DNA of 64,000 bases from Candidatus Rifleibacteriota bacterium (GTDB lineage Bacteria; Muiribacteriota; Ozemobacteria; Ozemobacterales; Ozemobacteraceae), in NCBI GenBank assembly GCA_051747585.1, contig JBNJGH010000003.1, positions 13,286 to 77,285 of the forward strand, given 5' to 3'. Below the pieces are notes generated by a model. The model saw only the letters and a program-made list of their open reading frames with translations. It searched no databases and was not told the DNA's origin. Below, piece by piece: positions 9,554-20,817 of the stretch (position 1 is its first letter; each line of letters opens with the position of its first letter). Position numbers and translations under genes: made by a program.

Positions 9554-10903
9554 TTATTTTTTCCTGTTGTATCGTTCTGGCCAGAGCTTTTTCAAGCGAT
9601 CTGATACGAACTTTTCTTTACCTGTATTCTTGGGTCGATAAAAAAGCCTGCCGGAAATTTCATCAGGTAGATAAGAATCTTTTACAAAGCCCCCCGGATA
9701 ATCATGAGGGTATTTGTATTCTTTGCCGTAGCCCATATCTTTCATCAAACCTGTCGGCGCATTCCTGATATGAAATGGAACAGAAGGCTCATTACCTTCT
9801 TTGATAGCTCTTTTAAGAACTCCTTCAGCTTTATAAAGAGAGTTGCTTTTTGGCGCCGAAGCTAGATAAACAGCCAGTTGTGCCATAAAAAGATGCCCTT
9901 CGGGTGGGCCAACGTAATCAAAAGCCTGTGCTGCTGACATCGCCAGAGTTAAGGCATAGGGGTCTGCCATTCCCACATCTTCGCTGGCAAACCTGATCAT
10001 ACGCCTGAGAATAAATTTGCAATCCTCTCCCCCTTCTATCATGCGATAAAGCCAGTATAAGCTGGCATCCGGGTCTGAGCCCCTCATCGATTTATGCATT
10101 GCAGAAATAAGGTTGTAGTGCTCTTCCCCGCCTTTGTCATATCTAAGAGACTTTGCCTGAAAACTGTCTTTTACAAGTTCGAGAGTGACTTCAGGCTCGT
10201 ATGGATTATTCTGACGGGCAACTTCATGACAGGTTTCAAGAACATTCAATCCGATCCTGGCATCTCCGGAGGCCATAAGAGCGATTCTTTCCAGGGCTTC
10301 TTCTTGAATTTTCACTTTGGGCTCTTGATTCAGCTGCTCATCTGATTCAAGAGCACGCAGAAGAATATTAATCAAGGCATCCTCGGATACCGGCTTGAGC
10401 GTCAAAACCTGACAACGAGACAATAAGGCCGAAATGACCTCGAAACTTGGATTTTCGGTTGTCGCACCAATAAAAATTACGGTTCCATTTTCAATATGAG
10501 GCAGAAGCGCATCCTGTTGAGCCTTGTTGAATCTATGTATTTCATCGACAAAAAGCAAAGTCTTTCTTCCCGATGAGCGGCGAAGATTGTCTGCTTTTGC
10601 AAACACATTTTTCAGATCTTTTACCCCTGATGTTACTGCAGAAAGTTGAATAAACTCAGAATCAGAGGTTTTAGCCATTACTCTTGCAAGTGTTGTTTTT
10701 CCGCAACCGGGCGGGCCCCAGAATATAATTGAACCGCTCAGGCCTGCCTCGAGTAAAATACGCAGTGGTCTGCCTTCACCAAGGATGTGTTCCTGTCCGA
10801 GAATTTCTTCTATTTTCTCGGGGCGCATTCGGTCAGCTAATGGCTGATATGGCCTGGAAGCCTGCAGGTTGCCTGATTTTTCGAGATTAAAAAGATCGTT
10901 CAT
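9554..10903 (-). CDS. rarA: Replication-associated recombination protein A (RarA/MgsA) AAA+ ATPase
   Basis: PLADRMRP, GPPGCGKTT, DEIHRFNKAQQD, GATTENPSF, SAMHKSMRGSD. Confidence 0.96.
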   Translation of the reverse strand: MNDLFNLEKSGNLQASRPYQPLADRMRPEKIEEILGQEHILGEGRPLRILLEAGLSGSIIFWGPPGCGKTTLARVMAKTSDSEFIQLSAVTSGVKDLKNVFAKADNLRRSSGRKTLLFVDEIHRFNKAQQDALLPHIENGTVIFIGATTENPSFEVISALLSRCQVLTLKPVSEDALINILLRALESDEQLNQEPKVKIQEEALERIALMASGDARIGLNVLETCHEVARQNNPYEPEVTLELVKDSFQAKSLRYDKGGEEHYNLISAMHKSMRGSDPDASLYWLYRMIEGGEDCKFILRRMIRFASEDVGMADPYALTLAMSAAQAFDYVGPPEGHLFMAQLAVYLASAPKSNSLYKAEGVLKRAIKEGNEPSVPFHIRNAPTGLMKDMGYGKEYKYPHDYPGGFVKDSYLPDEISGRLFYRPKNTGKEKFVSDRLKKLWPERYNRKK

Positions 10904-10905
10904 TT

Positions 10906-11460
10906 TCAGGCAATCAGCTGATCTTGAATTTCACTCATTGCCTTTAATGACAAAGCAATGAATTCAGGAAACTCGATCCCGGCTTTTTCGCACTCAAGAA
11001 TATTTTCGCGCGAAACGCTTCGGGCAAAGCCTTTTTCTTTCATTCGTTTTTTTATTGATTTAACCTTTACCGAAGAGATTTTACGATCAGGATAAACCAG
11101 TGCACAAGCCACTATAAGCCCGGTAATACTTTCTGAAGCTGCAAGAGCATGGTCTAAAACCGACTCACGCCTGGCCCCGGTTTCTTCGTTGTGGGCTTTT
11201 ATCGCATGCAGATATTCGTCTTTAAAACCTTCTTTTTCAAGCATTTCTGCAGCCACCGCCGCATGCCTTTTCATATCCGTTCCGACTATATCGAGGTCCA
11301 TATCATGTAGAAGTCCTAGAATTTCCCAATCCTGAGCCGGCTCGCTCAGTTTTTCTGCAACTGCCTTCATAACAGCACCGCTGGCCAGGCAATGTTTTCT
11401 TAAGTTTTCTGTTTTTAAATTTTCGTAAAGTAATTCCAAAGCTTTTTCTTTACTTATCAT
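10906..11460 (-). CDS. HDIG-type HD-domain protein
   Basis: LRKHCL, GLLHDMD, AIKAHN, GLIVACALV, KKRMKEKGFARSVSRE. Confidence 0.85.
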   Translation of the reverse strand: MISKEKALELLYENLKTENLRKHCLASGAVMKAVAEKLSEPAQDWEILGLLHDMDLDIVGTDMKRHAAVAAEMLEKEGFKDEYLHAIKAHNEETGARRESVLDHALAASESITGLIVACALVYPDRKISSVKVKSIKKRMKEKGFARSVSRENILECEKAGIEFPEFIALSLKAMSEIQDQLIA

Positions 11461-11475
11461 GCTGTCTTCCTTTCT

Positions 11476-12300
11476 TTAAAATGAACTGATATCGGCCAGA
11501 TCTTTCTGGGTATTCCTGGCAAGCACTTCAATCACTTTCCAGGTATGGCGTCTGTATGCCATTGCAACCTCGTGGGCAATTTCCTTCAGACCTTTGCGAC
11601 TCATAGGTTGTTTTGGATAAACCATAAGTTTACGGGTAGTTAAAAAAACCGCCTTTTTGATAGGTAGATGTTTGACCGCCCAGTCTTTAAACTCGGCATT
11701 GTCGAGCAAAACCCCGGCAGTAGCCAAATCAAGACCACCAGATTCTTCTTTGATAAATGCAGGCGCTTGCCCATTTCGATGAAAGCAATCCTGGCAGGGC
11801 AACAAACCGTTCAATTTTTTTATATCTTTAATCCATATTCTTTCAGTGCCGGTTCCGCATTCCAATAAAGGATCGTGATAAAATTCCTGATTTTTTCTTA
11901 TCCAGGCGATAGTTGGAGAATCTTCAGGTTTTTCAGATTTTTCTTTTTTTATTTCTGATTCTTTTTTATCTGATAATTTTTTTACAAAACTTGCAGGCAT
12001 AATCTCTGCTTCTTTTTCTTCAGATTTTGTCGAAGAATAAAGACCGGTAAATATTTGCTGTGCTTCAGGGTATTTCTTTTTTTTGAAAGATCGATCAGGA
12101 AAAACGTAACCATCGGCATAACCAACCGGAGTTAATTGGCTGCCGGATGATTCTGAAAGCACATGATCTGCATCAATTAAAATTTCTTTGCCATTTTGGA
12201 TTGCAATAAATGCATCGGGTCTGTTTGCCTGCTGAGAAAATGAAACCGAAACAGATGCAAGAACAACAAAAAGCAAAATATATATAAATTTATTTTTCAC
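11476..12300 (-). CDS. Hypothetical exported protein with a possible Cys/His metal site
   Basis: Signal-peptide-like N-terminus after GTG 12300 (ORF track start 12330); YH...C...PCQDC. Confidence 0.6.
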   Translation of the reverse strand: MKNKFIYILLFVVLASVSVSFSQQANRPDAFIAIQNGKEILIDADHVLSESSGSQLTPVGYADGYVFPDRSFKKKKYPEAQQIFTGLYSSTKSEEKEAEIMPASFVKKLSDKKESEIKKEKSEKPEDSPTIAWIRKNQEFYHDPLLECGTGTERIWIKDIKKLNGLLPCQDCFHRNGQAPAFIKEESGGLDLATAGVLLDNAEFKDWAVKHLPIKKAVFLTTRKLMVYPKQPMSRKGLKEIAHEVAMAYRRHTWKVIEVLARNTQKDLADISSF

Positions 12301-12459
12301 TTGGTTATCACCTTTTTTGATTTTGTACACTCAGTCTAACAAAGAATGAAAAATTTTTCGCGCTGATTTTATTTCTCGAATTCGAGGAGAAAAGCAATAT
12401 CATTATCAGCAAAACAAAAATTGTTTTACAAATAGTTGAATTCAGGTTTTATTTAATCC

Positions 12460-14331
12460 ATGTGCGGAATTAATGGAATTATATTATTTGATCAATGTAA
12501 GCCTTCTAGCGAATTAGCTCATATCGTAGAACTGATGAATGAAAAAATCATTCATCGGGGACCTGACGAAGAAGGTTGCTTTGTTAATAACAGCCTGGGA
12601 CTTGGAATCAGAAGGCTATCGATAATTGATTTAAAAACCGGAAGCCAGCCGATTTTCAATGAAGACCACACCCTGGTAATGGTTTGCAACGGAGAGATTT
12701 ACAATTTTAAAACCCTACGCCAGATTTTGATTAAAAAGGGGCACCTATTCTCTACTCGAACAGATTCCGAAGTAATTATCCATGCATACGAAGAATATGG
12801 CAATGATTTTTTAGACAAGCTGGAGGGAATGTTTGCTTTTGCCCTTTATGATATTAAGCAGAAAAAAGTCATTCTCGCCCGCGACAGATTAGGAGAAAAA
12901 CCCTGTTACTTTTACAAAGATCAGCATAGACTTATTTTTGCCTCAGAACTTCAAAGTTTACTGTCTACGGGTTATATAAAAAAAACAATTAACAAGCATG
13001 CCCTTGCCCAATACCTTCAATTAACCTATATACCTTCGCCATTAACTATTTATGAGGGTGTTTACAAGCTTAAGCCCGCCCATTATCTGGAGATAAACCT
13101 AAATGGAGATATAAAAGAGAATTGTTACTGGCATCTTTCATATAAAAAGACCTTAATGGGCTATGATGATGCATGCCAGACACTGAGGAAGAAAATTCTT
13201 GAGTCCGTTAAAAACTGTATGATCAGCGATGTGCCGGTTGGAGCTTTTTTAAGCGGGGGAATCGATTCGGCTTCGATTGTCAGTTCTATGGCTCAACTTT
13301 CCGACAAGCCCGTAGAAACCTTCACCATTGGTTTTGCCAATAAAAAGTTCGATGAACGAGATAAAGCCAGGCTGGTTGCAAACCTGTATAAAACCAATCA
13401 CCATGAATTTGTTTTGAATTTTAACCAGGCCATAACTATGATAGACAGGCTCATAGAAACTATGGCAGAGCCTTTTGCCGACATATCAACCTTGCCCACC
13501 TATTTTATTTCGCAATTTGCATCTGAACAGGTCAAAGTTGTGCTGACCGGTGATGCCGGAGATGAAATTTTTGGCGGATACAACAAATACTTAATAAATT
13601 ACTTTTCTAAAATTTACTGCAAAATTCCACGATTCCTACGCAAAGGATTCATAGAGCCGATCGTATTTAAAATTAGAGACCGGAATTTTTTAAGCAGAAA
13701 AATAAAAAAAGTTATATCAGCCTCTGAAAAGTCCTATCTAGAACAGAGTATTGATCTAATGACTCTTGGATTTAAGAGAAATGAGCTCGAACTACTTCTA
13801 AATCCACAACACTATCAATCTGACAGTTTAAAATTCATAAAAGAAATCTATAAAGAAGCACCGGCCAACGATTCTTTGAACAAAACCCTTTATACAGATT
13901 TAAAGGTCGTTCTAGAAGGAGATATATTTAATAAAGTCGATAAAATGAGCATGTTAAACTCCCTTGAAACCCGAGTTCCGTTTGCAGCCAGGTCTATTGT
14001 CGAGTTTGCCGCAACACTACCGATTGCCTATAAAATTAAAAATAAAAATCTTAAAATCATTCTAAAAGACAGCATGCGAAATGCATTGCCCCCCCAAATT
14101 TTAAATGCGCCGAAATCAGGATTTGAAATTCCCCTGGGCCATTGGTTTCGAAATGAGTTAAAACCAGAGCTCCTGGCGGTTTTAAACAAAAAAAATATCG
14201 AAAAGCAGGGATTTTTTAACTATTCTTATATAAACCGTATAATACAAGAACACTTGAGTTGCAAAGTCAATCGAAGATATGAGTTATGGGTATTGTATGT
14301 TTTTACAAAGTGGTATTCGAAGCAACAATAA
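12460..14331 (+). CDS. asnB: Asparagine synthase (glutamine-hydrolysing) family amidotransferase, glycan-cluster type
   Basis: N-terminal MCGI, HRGPD, RRLSIID, NGEIYN, LSGGIDS, LETRVPF. Confidence 0.93.
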   Translation: MCGINGIILFDQCKPSSELAHIVELMNEKIIHRGPDEEGCFVNNSLGLGIRRLSIIDLKTGSQPIFNEDHTLVMVCNGEIYNFKTLRQILIKKGHLFSTRTDSEVIIHAYEEYGNDFLDKLEGMFAFALYDIKQKKVILARDRLGEKPCYFYKDQHRLIFASELQSLLSTGYIKKTINKHALAQYLQLTYIPSPLTIYEGVYKLKPAHYLEINLNGDIKENCYWHLSYKKTLMGYDDACQTLRKKILESVKNCMISDVPVGAFLSGGIDSASIVSSMAQLSDKPVETFTIGFANKKFDERDKARLVANLYKTNHHEFVLNFNQAITMIDRLIETMAEPFADISTLPTYFISQFASEQVKVVLTGDAGDEIFGGYNKYLINYFSKIYCKIPRFLRKGFIEPIVFKIRDRNFLSRKIKKVISASEKSYLEQSIDLMTLGFKRNELELLLNPQHYQSDSLKFIKEIYKEAPANDSLNKTLYTDLKVVLEGDIFNKVDKMSMLNSLETRVPFAARSIVEFAATLPIAYKIKNKNLKIILKDSMRNALPPQILNAPKSGFEIPLGHWFRNELKPELLAVLNKKNIEKQGFFNYSYINRIIQEHLSCKVNRRYELWVLYVFTKWYSKQQ

Positions 14332-14493
14332 TTTGTTTACCAACCAAAATTTATAAATTAATAATTTAAAACGTGTTAATCTATTTGCCTGCTTAAAACT
14401 TGCTTTCTTGTATTATAAAAGGCGATATGCTATAAATATTTTCGTCGAGCCTTATTCAAGAACCATCCCCAAACTCACCTAAGACTATACCCG

Positions 14494-15618
14494 ATGAAAA
14501 CCCGAAAACGAATTGCATTCTCAGCTTCTTCCAAAGCTTTTTTGCGGTCCCGCAAGCACTTAATAAGCAAGCTGGCCAAAATGGGCCACGAAGTCTTTTG
14601 TATAGTACCCATAGAAGAAGGCGAGAACTGTAAAAACGAATTCGGCGCGGAATTTCATTGTTTACCCCTGCAAAAAACGGGATTTAATCCTTTCAGTGAC
14701 CTGAAATTTCTATTGGGCCTTATAAAGCTTTTTCGCCGCCTGAAAATCGACATGACAATTGCTTTTACCATAAAACCTGTCATTTATTGTTCAATTGCGG
14801 CCAAAATTTCTCGAGTCCCCTTTGTAAGCTCAGTTATTACCGGACTGGGCTACGCTTTTGTTAACAATTCTTTTCACCAGAAATTTGCCGGGTTTATAGC
14901 CTCAAAACTATATAAGATAGCTCTTGCCTGTAATCAAAAAGTCTTTTTTCTCAATCCTGATGACCAGATAGAGTTTTTGAACCTTGGAGCGGTCAAGCCA
15001 GATCAATGTGCAATCATAAATGGCCCGGGAGTTGATCTTGAACACTTTAATTTTTCGCCCTGGGAATCAAACAAAACCAGCTTTGTATTGATTGCTCGAA
15101 TGTTAAAAGAAAAGGGAGTGATGGAATTCGTCGAAGCAGCCCGCAAAATAAAAGAAGTTTATCCTGAAACTGAATTTAACATAGTTGGACCTTCAGATCC
15201 CGGCCCTTCAGCAATAAGTATAAAAAAACTCGAAGACTTTACACGCCGGGGCCTGGTTAAATATCTTGGTTACACCGATGATGTGCGAACTTATTTGCGG
15301 AATTCTGCCGTTTATGTGTTACCTTCTTATTATCGGGAAGGAATTCCAAGAACTAATCTTGAAGCAATGGCAATCGGAAGAGCAATAATTACAACTGATA
15401 CTCCCGGATGCAGAGAAACTGTTCAAAATGGGAAAAATGGTTATCTAATACCTCCACGTAACAGCAGCGCTCTGGCCAAAGCTATGCTAAAATTTATTGA
15501 GAAGCCATCACTCGCGAATACGATGGGAAAAGCAAGCCGAGAATTGGCAGAAAAAAGTTTTGCCGTGAATGAAATAAATCATTCTATGATGTCCGACCTC
15601 AATCTATTAGAAACCTGA
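14494..15618 (+). CDS. Glycosyltransferase family 4
   Basis: TIKPVIY, ITGLG, ARMLKEKGV, LPSYYREGIPRTNLEAMA, TDTPGCRE. Confidence 0.92.
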   Translation: MKTRKRIAFSASSKAFLRSRKHLISKLAKMGHEVFCIVPIEEGENCKNEFGAEFHCLPLQKTGFNPFSDLKFLLGLIKLFRRLKIDMTIAFTIKPVIYCSIAAKISRVPFVSSVITGLGYAFVNNSFHQKFAGFIASKLYKIALACNQKVFFLNPDDQIEFLNLGAVKPDQCAIINGPGVDLEHFNFSPWESNKTSFVLIARMLKEKGVMEFVEAARKIKEVYPETEFNIVGPSDPGPSAISIKKLEDFTRRGLVKYLGYTDDVRTYLRNSAVYVLPSYYREGIPRTNLEAMAIGRAIITTDTPGCRETVQNGKNGYLIPPRNSSALAKAMLKFIEKPSLANTMGKASRELAEKSFAVNEINHSMMSDLNLLET

Positions 15619-15631
15619 CCGGGAGTTTACC

Positions 15632-16525
15632 GTGAATTATTTAAACGAAAAAGAAATAACTTTTGGCCAATTCAAACAAGTTGCCTTACAGCATTACGGG
15701 TGGGCATTAATTTGTATTATCTCATTACTTTTTCTCGAAAGCTTTTTCTTTATTTATCCGCCCCGCGGCTTTGTTGCCGAAGATTTCGTTACTTTGGGCA
15801 GCATAAAAGGGCAACCTCTGTTATCTATTGACAGCCTCTGGCAAAGCAAAATCAGCGACGATATATTTATGCTTGATATTCTAGATGGTTCTGAAATAAA
15901 AAGGTTTAAAAACCGTGTAGAAAAATTGAGATACATAGAAAATAATTTGCGCCCCAATCTTCATTTTACCAGTTTAAACAAAACTATTTTTAAAATAACC
16001 TTTATTCAACCTTCAGCAGAAAAAATCAGGCCGTTTTTGAATGTTTTTACCAAAAAGTTTCTCGATCAAGTTGCCTTAATAAGCCGGGAACAATTGCAAA
16101 ACAGAAGAAGAAACGCCAATTTTTTTTATCGGCAATTGTTGCGACGTAACGCTCTAATTCACAGCTTATTCAAACCTACAACCAAGTTTGAAAAAATAAT
16201 TCCCGATCAGAAAAGTCGAATAGACAACGTATTTCCTCAAGATGAAGATAGCTGGCTTGGCAAAATTGGTCTTATAACAATTAATGAGTTAAATAAATAC
16301 CTTTTTAGAGCTCAAACTATGTTAAAAGATTATACTGACGAACAACAGAAAATATTGTCTTTGTTCCCATTTACTCACAAAAGACTCACCGATCCCGAAA
16401 TGCCTCCCAAGCCTGTACAACCCTTTTTGTTTGTATTTCATATTTTTGTAGTTATAGCGATTTTCCTTATCTATATTGCCGGATTGTTTTATTATTTTCC
16501 CTTTAAAGACGAGGACAAGTCGTAG
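15632..16525 (+). CDS. Membrane protein with Wzz-like topology (two terminal TM helices)
   Basis: Hydrophobic segments at both ends, Pro-rich motif (PEMPPKPVQP) before the C-terminal TM, glycan-cluster context. Confidence 0.5.
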   Translation: MNYLNEKEITFGQFKQVALQHYGWALICIISLLFLESFFFIYPPRGFVAEDFVTLGSIKGQPLLSIDSLWQSKISDDIFMLDILDGSEIKRFKNRVEKLRYIENNLRPNLHFTSLNKTIFKITFIQPSAEKIRPFLNVFTKKFLDQVALISREQLQNRRRNANFFYRQLLRRNALIHSLFKPTTKFEKIIPDQKSRIDNVFPQDEDSWLGKIGLITINELNKYLFRAQTMLKDYTDEQQKILSLFPFTHKRLTDPEMPPKPVQPFLFVFHIFVVIAIFLIYIAGLFYYFPFKDEDKS

Positions 16526-17746
16526 ATGGAAAGAGGCGTTACCGATGACTCTGCATTTCCCTTACCCCTTTCTCTTTACATCATTTTTTTTCCCATAGCT
16601 ATAGGAATCCTTGGACCAAGTTTCATTGTCGCCGACATATTTTTTCTTTTATTTATTTTTGCCTGTCTCATTAAAGCCTTTATTAGGAAACAATTTACCA
16701 TTATTTCTTTAGACGCTATATTTTTAATTTTTCTTGGGTGTACGGCATTCGGCAACAATATTACCGCTCACTTGCCCGCCTATTTGTTTGAAGTAGCTTC
16801 TCTTGTTTACATGTATGCAGGATCTCGATGCATACTAAGCCAGATTGACAGTAGCGAAAAACTAAACCAATTTATTGATCTGATAAGAAAAGTTTTTATT
16901 ATATTTTTGTTATTTTCCGCCATCATAATAATTTTCAGGGCATTAGGTTTTAATCACATAACCGAGTCATTTTTCAAATATGGTAAAAATTACAAAGGCT
17001 TTTTTAATTTTACCAATCAGCTATCCATCTTTTTTGCCTGTTTATGGCCAATTACAATTATTGGCTTCTCTGAAAAGCCGGCTTGGAGATTTTTCTTTTA
17101 CTTTATTTATTTAGTCATTCTCAGCTACACAGGATCTCGCAGCGGCTTCTGGATAGGTCTTGGGCAAACCACTCTAATTGAAATTCTTTTTTGCAACAAA
17201 AAACAGAGCGCATTTTTAGTGGCACGAGCTTTTGGCCTTGCCGCCGTTCTTTTTTTTGTTATAACCATTATGGCAACCATGCCGTCTTTAAACAGGAGTT
17301 TAGGACAAAACAAAGACGCTTCTTTGAGCCTGGATCAACCAAGAATTATAAACTTCCGCAATGCTTTTAACAATTCAAAATCCTGGCTAAGCGGATATGG
17401 TTTAGGCTGTTTTGACCAGGTCTATCGCTTCGAAGTCCACAGCACTCCGTTGTCAATTTTAGTTGAAACAGGAATCTGTGGTTTTCTGTCTTTGTCGCTG
17501 GGAATTATTATTTTTGCTAATGCTTTTTTAAGGGCAAGTCCCGACCGATCCCTACCAAACCTGAAAAAAGCTCTTATCATTTCTTATTTGGGAATTATAG
17601 GAATTGGAACAGTTAATTATTTGTTTCGAAACCGTTCCTGCTGGTTATTATTTGCAATAACCCTTGTATTTATAAAAATCCAAAGTAAAGAAAAAGTTTT
17701 ACTCAAAACATTTGCAAAGACTTCTGGCGAATATAAACATAACTGA
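16526..17746 (+). CDS. O-antigen ligase/polymerase (Wzy_C-like) membrane protein
   Basis: Multi-TM protein; TGSRSG, GYGLG and HSTPLSILVETGICG motifs. Confidence 0.8.
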   Translation: MERGVTDDSAFPLPLSLYIIFFPIAIGILGPSFIVADIFFLLFIFACLIKAFIRKQFTIISLDAIFLIFLGCTAFGNNITAHLPAYLFEVASLVYMYAGSRCILSQIDSSEKLNQFIDLIRKVFIIFLLFSAIIIIFRALGFNHITESFFKYGKNYKGFFNFTNQLSIFFACLWPITIIGFSEKPAWRFFFYFIYLVILSYTGSRSGFWIGLGQTTLIEILFCNKKQSAFLVARAFGLAAVLFFVITIMATMPSLNRSLGQNKDASLSLDQPRIINFRNAFNNSKSWLSGYGLGCFDQVYRFEVHSTPLSILVETGICGFLSLSLGIIIFANAFLRASPDRSLPNLKKALIISYLGIIGIGTVNYLFRNRSCWLLFAITLVFIKIQSKEKVLLKTFAKTSGEYKHN

Positions 17747-18638
17747 CCAGCATTTTTTGAATAAAGCCTTTCCACATAGACCTCAATATTTCATTTCGTT
17801 TTAAAAATCTGGCATATCTTAAAAATCTAAAAGTCTCACTAAGGCTCAGATGCCCAATACTTGCCAATCCTGTTTGAAAAAATTCTTTTGAAAGCGCAGT
17901 TTTATAAAATTTACCACCTTTATATTTTTCAAGAATTTTCATTCTGTTTTCATGCATATATTTGAAATTAAAAACGGTATTGCTGTCGTGTATTCTATAC
18001 TTGGCAACGGGCACAGGCAAAGACCGCAATTTACCTCCCGCATCAGACAATTTAAGCCACATATACCAATCCTCTATTTTAATATTAGAATCATAACCAC
18101 CGACGTTTTGAACAGCATCTCTTCTAAGTAGGGCTGCAGGCCCTGAAGGTATGTATTTTTGCATTATAAGCTCCTCAAAACTATGCCAATGATCCATACC
18201 TTTTTGTATTTTTAATACTTTACCCTCTTCGTCAATCAATTCGTATCCACCGAAAGCTGCAGAAATTCTTGAATCTTTTTCTAATATTGGAAGTAAAATT
18301 TTTATCTTTTCGGGCAAAAGAATATCGTCAGATGCAACAACCATAAAATATTTGCCGTCTGCCCAGGCAAGTCCCTCATTTAAAGTTGGCGTAAGCCCTT
18401 TGTTAGGTCTATTTCTATACTCAAACCTCTTTAAAGAGGCTTGGCAAATATTGAGTATTGGCTTGATACGTTCATTGGTTTTGTCGTTTGAGCCATCATT
18501 AATCAATATAAATTCCAGATTGTTATAATCCAGCCTCAAAACGCTTTTTACAGCTTCAACAACAAATTTTTCATGATTATAAGCCGGCATACAAACAGAA
18601 ATTAAGGGGTTATTTTCAGTTGTTTTTTCTTTTGCCAT
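17703..18638 (-). CDS. Glycosyltransferase family 2
   Basis: ISVCMPAYNHE, INDGSND, ASDD, EDWYMWL. Confidence 0.92.
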   Translation of the reverse strand: MAKEKTTENNPLISVCMPAYNHEKFVVEAVKSVLRLDYNNLEFILINDGSNDKTNERIKPILNICQASLKRFEYRNRPNKGLTPTLNEGLAWADGKYFMVVASDDILLPEKIKILLPILEKDSRISAAFGGYELIDEEGKVLKIQKGMDHWHSFEELIMQKYIPSGPAALLRRDAVQNVGGYDSNIKIEDWYMWLKLSDAGGKLRSLPVPVAKYRIHDSNTVFNFKYMHENRMKILEKYKGGKFYKTALSKEFFQTGLASIGHLSLSETFRFLRYARFLKRNEILRSMWKGFIQKMLVSYVYIRQKSLQMF

Positions 18639-18942
18639 GAGTTTTATTATGTACGTTACCTACTTTTTTAAAAAGTAGCAGCAGAATAGAATTTATAATC
18701 TAGAACAAAAAACATACTTGGGCAAGACATAAAGATTGTAATACCAGACAAAGCTCTATTGTATGGAATCAACTCCTTGAATTTTCGAATATATTGGAAT
18801 AAGCTATAGCTTGATTGAATGTTTTCTACGCTCAAATACTTGCAGATGACTGCTTGAAAAAAAAGACAGTTAAATTAGCTATTCAGCAAATTTTTCACGT
18901 AATTTTCCAGTCTCCAACATCAAATTAAAATTCTGAAAAAAA

Positions 18943-19821
18943 TTGAAATCTGAAAACCATACTAACCAAATAATTACAAAGTTATATAAAAAAATAAATA
19001 AGATTGTGCGGAACAAATTGTTTCCCTCAAGATCACCGTATTTCATGATCATAGGTGCAGAAAAATCCGGCACAAGTTCCTTACATTATTACCTTGACCA
19101 GCACCCACTGCTGGATGGTTCCAATCCCAAAGAGTTACATTATTTTGACCGGGAAAAATATTACAATAAAAACATAATATGGTATGAAAACCATTTTTGT
19201 TCGTTAAGAAAAAAGATTAAACATTTCGAATCTACCCCTAATTATATTTATTATGAATCTATAGCAAGAAATATTAAGGACTTATATCCAGAAATAAAAC
19301 TAATTTTGCTACTTCGTGAACCAATTAAAAGAGCCTATTCAGCCTGGAACATGCATAAAAAATTTTTCGAGTCAAAAAAATCACCAGTAAGCAAATTTTT
19401 ACCAGATGGTTCCAGCAATCCTCTTTATAATTATTTTTATAAAAACAGATCTACTTTTCCTTCTTTTGAAGAGTGCATCCAGCTGGAATTGGATGAGAAG
19501 GTCAAAAACACTAAAGAACCGGCTATTGTGAGACGAGGGCTATATTTTGACCAAATACAAAATTACCTGAAATACTTTTCCAGGGATCAACTTATGATAT
19601 TGGGGATCAAAGATTTAAAAGAGCGTAAAATTGAGACTTTAAATAATTTAATGAAATTTCTTGAGCTTCCCCAGTTTAATTGGAAAAGAATAGATTTAAC
19701 GGAAATAAACAAAAGAACCTATACCCAGGCAATGAAAAGCGATACCAGAAAACGACTTCAAGACTTTTATTCAGAACCCAACAAAAAACTATTTGAAAAT
19801 TTTGGAGAAATTAATTGGTAA
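18943..19821 (+). CDS. PAPS-dependent sulfotransferase
   Basis: 5'-PSB motif IIGAEKSGTSSL, KELHYFD, ESTPNY and 3'-PB motif LREPIKRAYS. Confidence 0.9.
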   Translation: MKSENHTNQIITKLYKKINKIVRNKLFPSRSPYFMIIGAEKSGTSSLHYYLDQHPLLDGSNPKELHYFDREKYYNKNIIWYENHFCSLRKKIKHFESTPNYIYYESIARNIKDLYPEIKLILLLREPIKRAYSAWNMHKKFFESKKSPVSKFLPDGSSNPLYNYFYKNRSTFPSFEECIQLELDEKVKNTKEPAIVRRGLYFDQIQNYLKYFSRDQLMILGIKDLKERKIETLNNLMKFLELPQFNWKRIDLTEINKRTYTQAMKSDTRKRLQDFYSEPNKKLFENFGEINW

Positions 19822-19842
19822 AGAACACTTTATGAATATTTT

Positions 19843-20814
19843 TTAACGAACATAGCCGAATTGTTTCAATTTTTTCTTTGAAAAGCCATAATCCTGCAAA
19901 AATAAATTATCTGCACAAAGTATTTCTGACAAATCGTGCTTTTGCGAGTCGTTGAGATAGCTATGAGCATTATCTTTTGTTACTTTTACATTTTGACACT
20001 TTGCAAGAATTTTTGAGTAAATGGGTTTAAGAAAATGAAAATTCTTTAGAAGATAGCCCAAATGAGTTTTTCTTATTTTTTCAACTCGATAATGAATTTT
20101 TTGACTCAGGGTTATCCCCGGGCTAACCTTACCATAAGAGCAATAAACGCTTTTATTACAGGGCTCACTGTTAAACTGGCTTTGAAGCATTTGCCAATCA
20201 AGTTTCAATAATTCGCCAAGCTTACCAAAATAGGAATTCGAATCGTTTTGCAGATCTTCATATAAAATTACCTCAAGATCCGAGAAATATTTACTAATAT
20301 AATTTATCAGGCGGCGATAGAAAAGAATGTCAAAAGCCTCTTTCTCCGGGTTGCGCAGGACGCCAGCAACAAATTTGTTTAAAGAATTCATATCTTTTTC
20401 ATTATGAAAAATCCAACGGAACATTTCAACATAATAGGCATAAACAAAACTCGTAGGCTCTCTAAGACTTATAAGTATTTTTGTATTATAAGGCTTTAAT
20501 AATTCAGCTAATTTGGGAATCATCTGTTTATGATAAAGATTATGAGAAATTGAAATACATTCTTCACTGATTACATTCATCAGATCTCTGGTTAATTGCT
20601 CTTCAAGTTCATTTCTTATCAGCGAAATGTTTCTGCCATTTTTCAAACTGCTGAGAATCTGGCCAATGGGGTTGTAAAGACCTTCCTGCAAAAAAGCTCC
20701 ATGCCGACCGAGAAAATTGATTTTTCCGTTTGAGTGAAGAGGCATCAATAAATTTGATTGTAAGGAAGTTGTAGCTGTTTTAGGTAATCCAACGTGAAGA
20801 ACAATTTTTTTCAT
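19843..20814 (-). CDS. Sulfotransferase-fold protein
   Basis: LHVGLPKTATTSLQ, ISEE, SLREP and LYEDL motifs. Confidence 0.75.
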   Translation of the reverse strand: MKKIVLHVGLPKTATTSLQSNLLMPLHSNGKINFLGRHGAFLQEGLYNPIGQILSSLKNGRNISLIRNELEEQLTRDLMNVISEECISISHNLYHKQMIPKLAELLKPYNTKILISLREPTSFVYAYYVEMFRWIFHNEKDMNSLNKFVAGVLRNPEKEAFDILFYRRLINYISKYFSDLEVILYEDLQNDSNSYFGKLGELLKLDWQMLQSQFNSEPCNKSVYCSYGKVSPGITLSQKIHYRVEKIRKTHLGYLLKNFHFLKPIYSKILAKCQNVKVTKDNAHSYLNDSQKHDLSEILCADNLFLQDYGFSKKKLKQFGYVR

Positions 20815-20817
20815 CGA

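Noticed and set aside
14563..14573. 11-nt match (ataagcaagct) between the copy 1 variable stem and the GT4 gene as a possible target
   Set aside because: A match this short is expected by chance in an AT-rich 64-kb window, and the flanks do not extend it.
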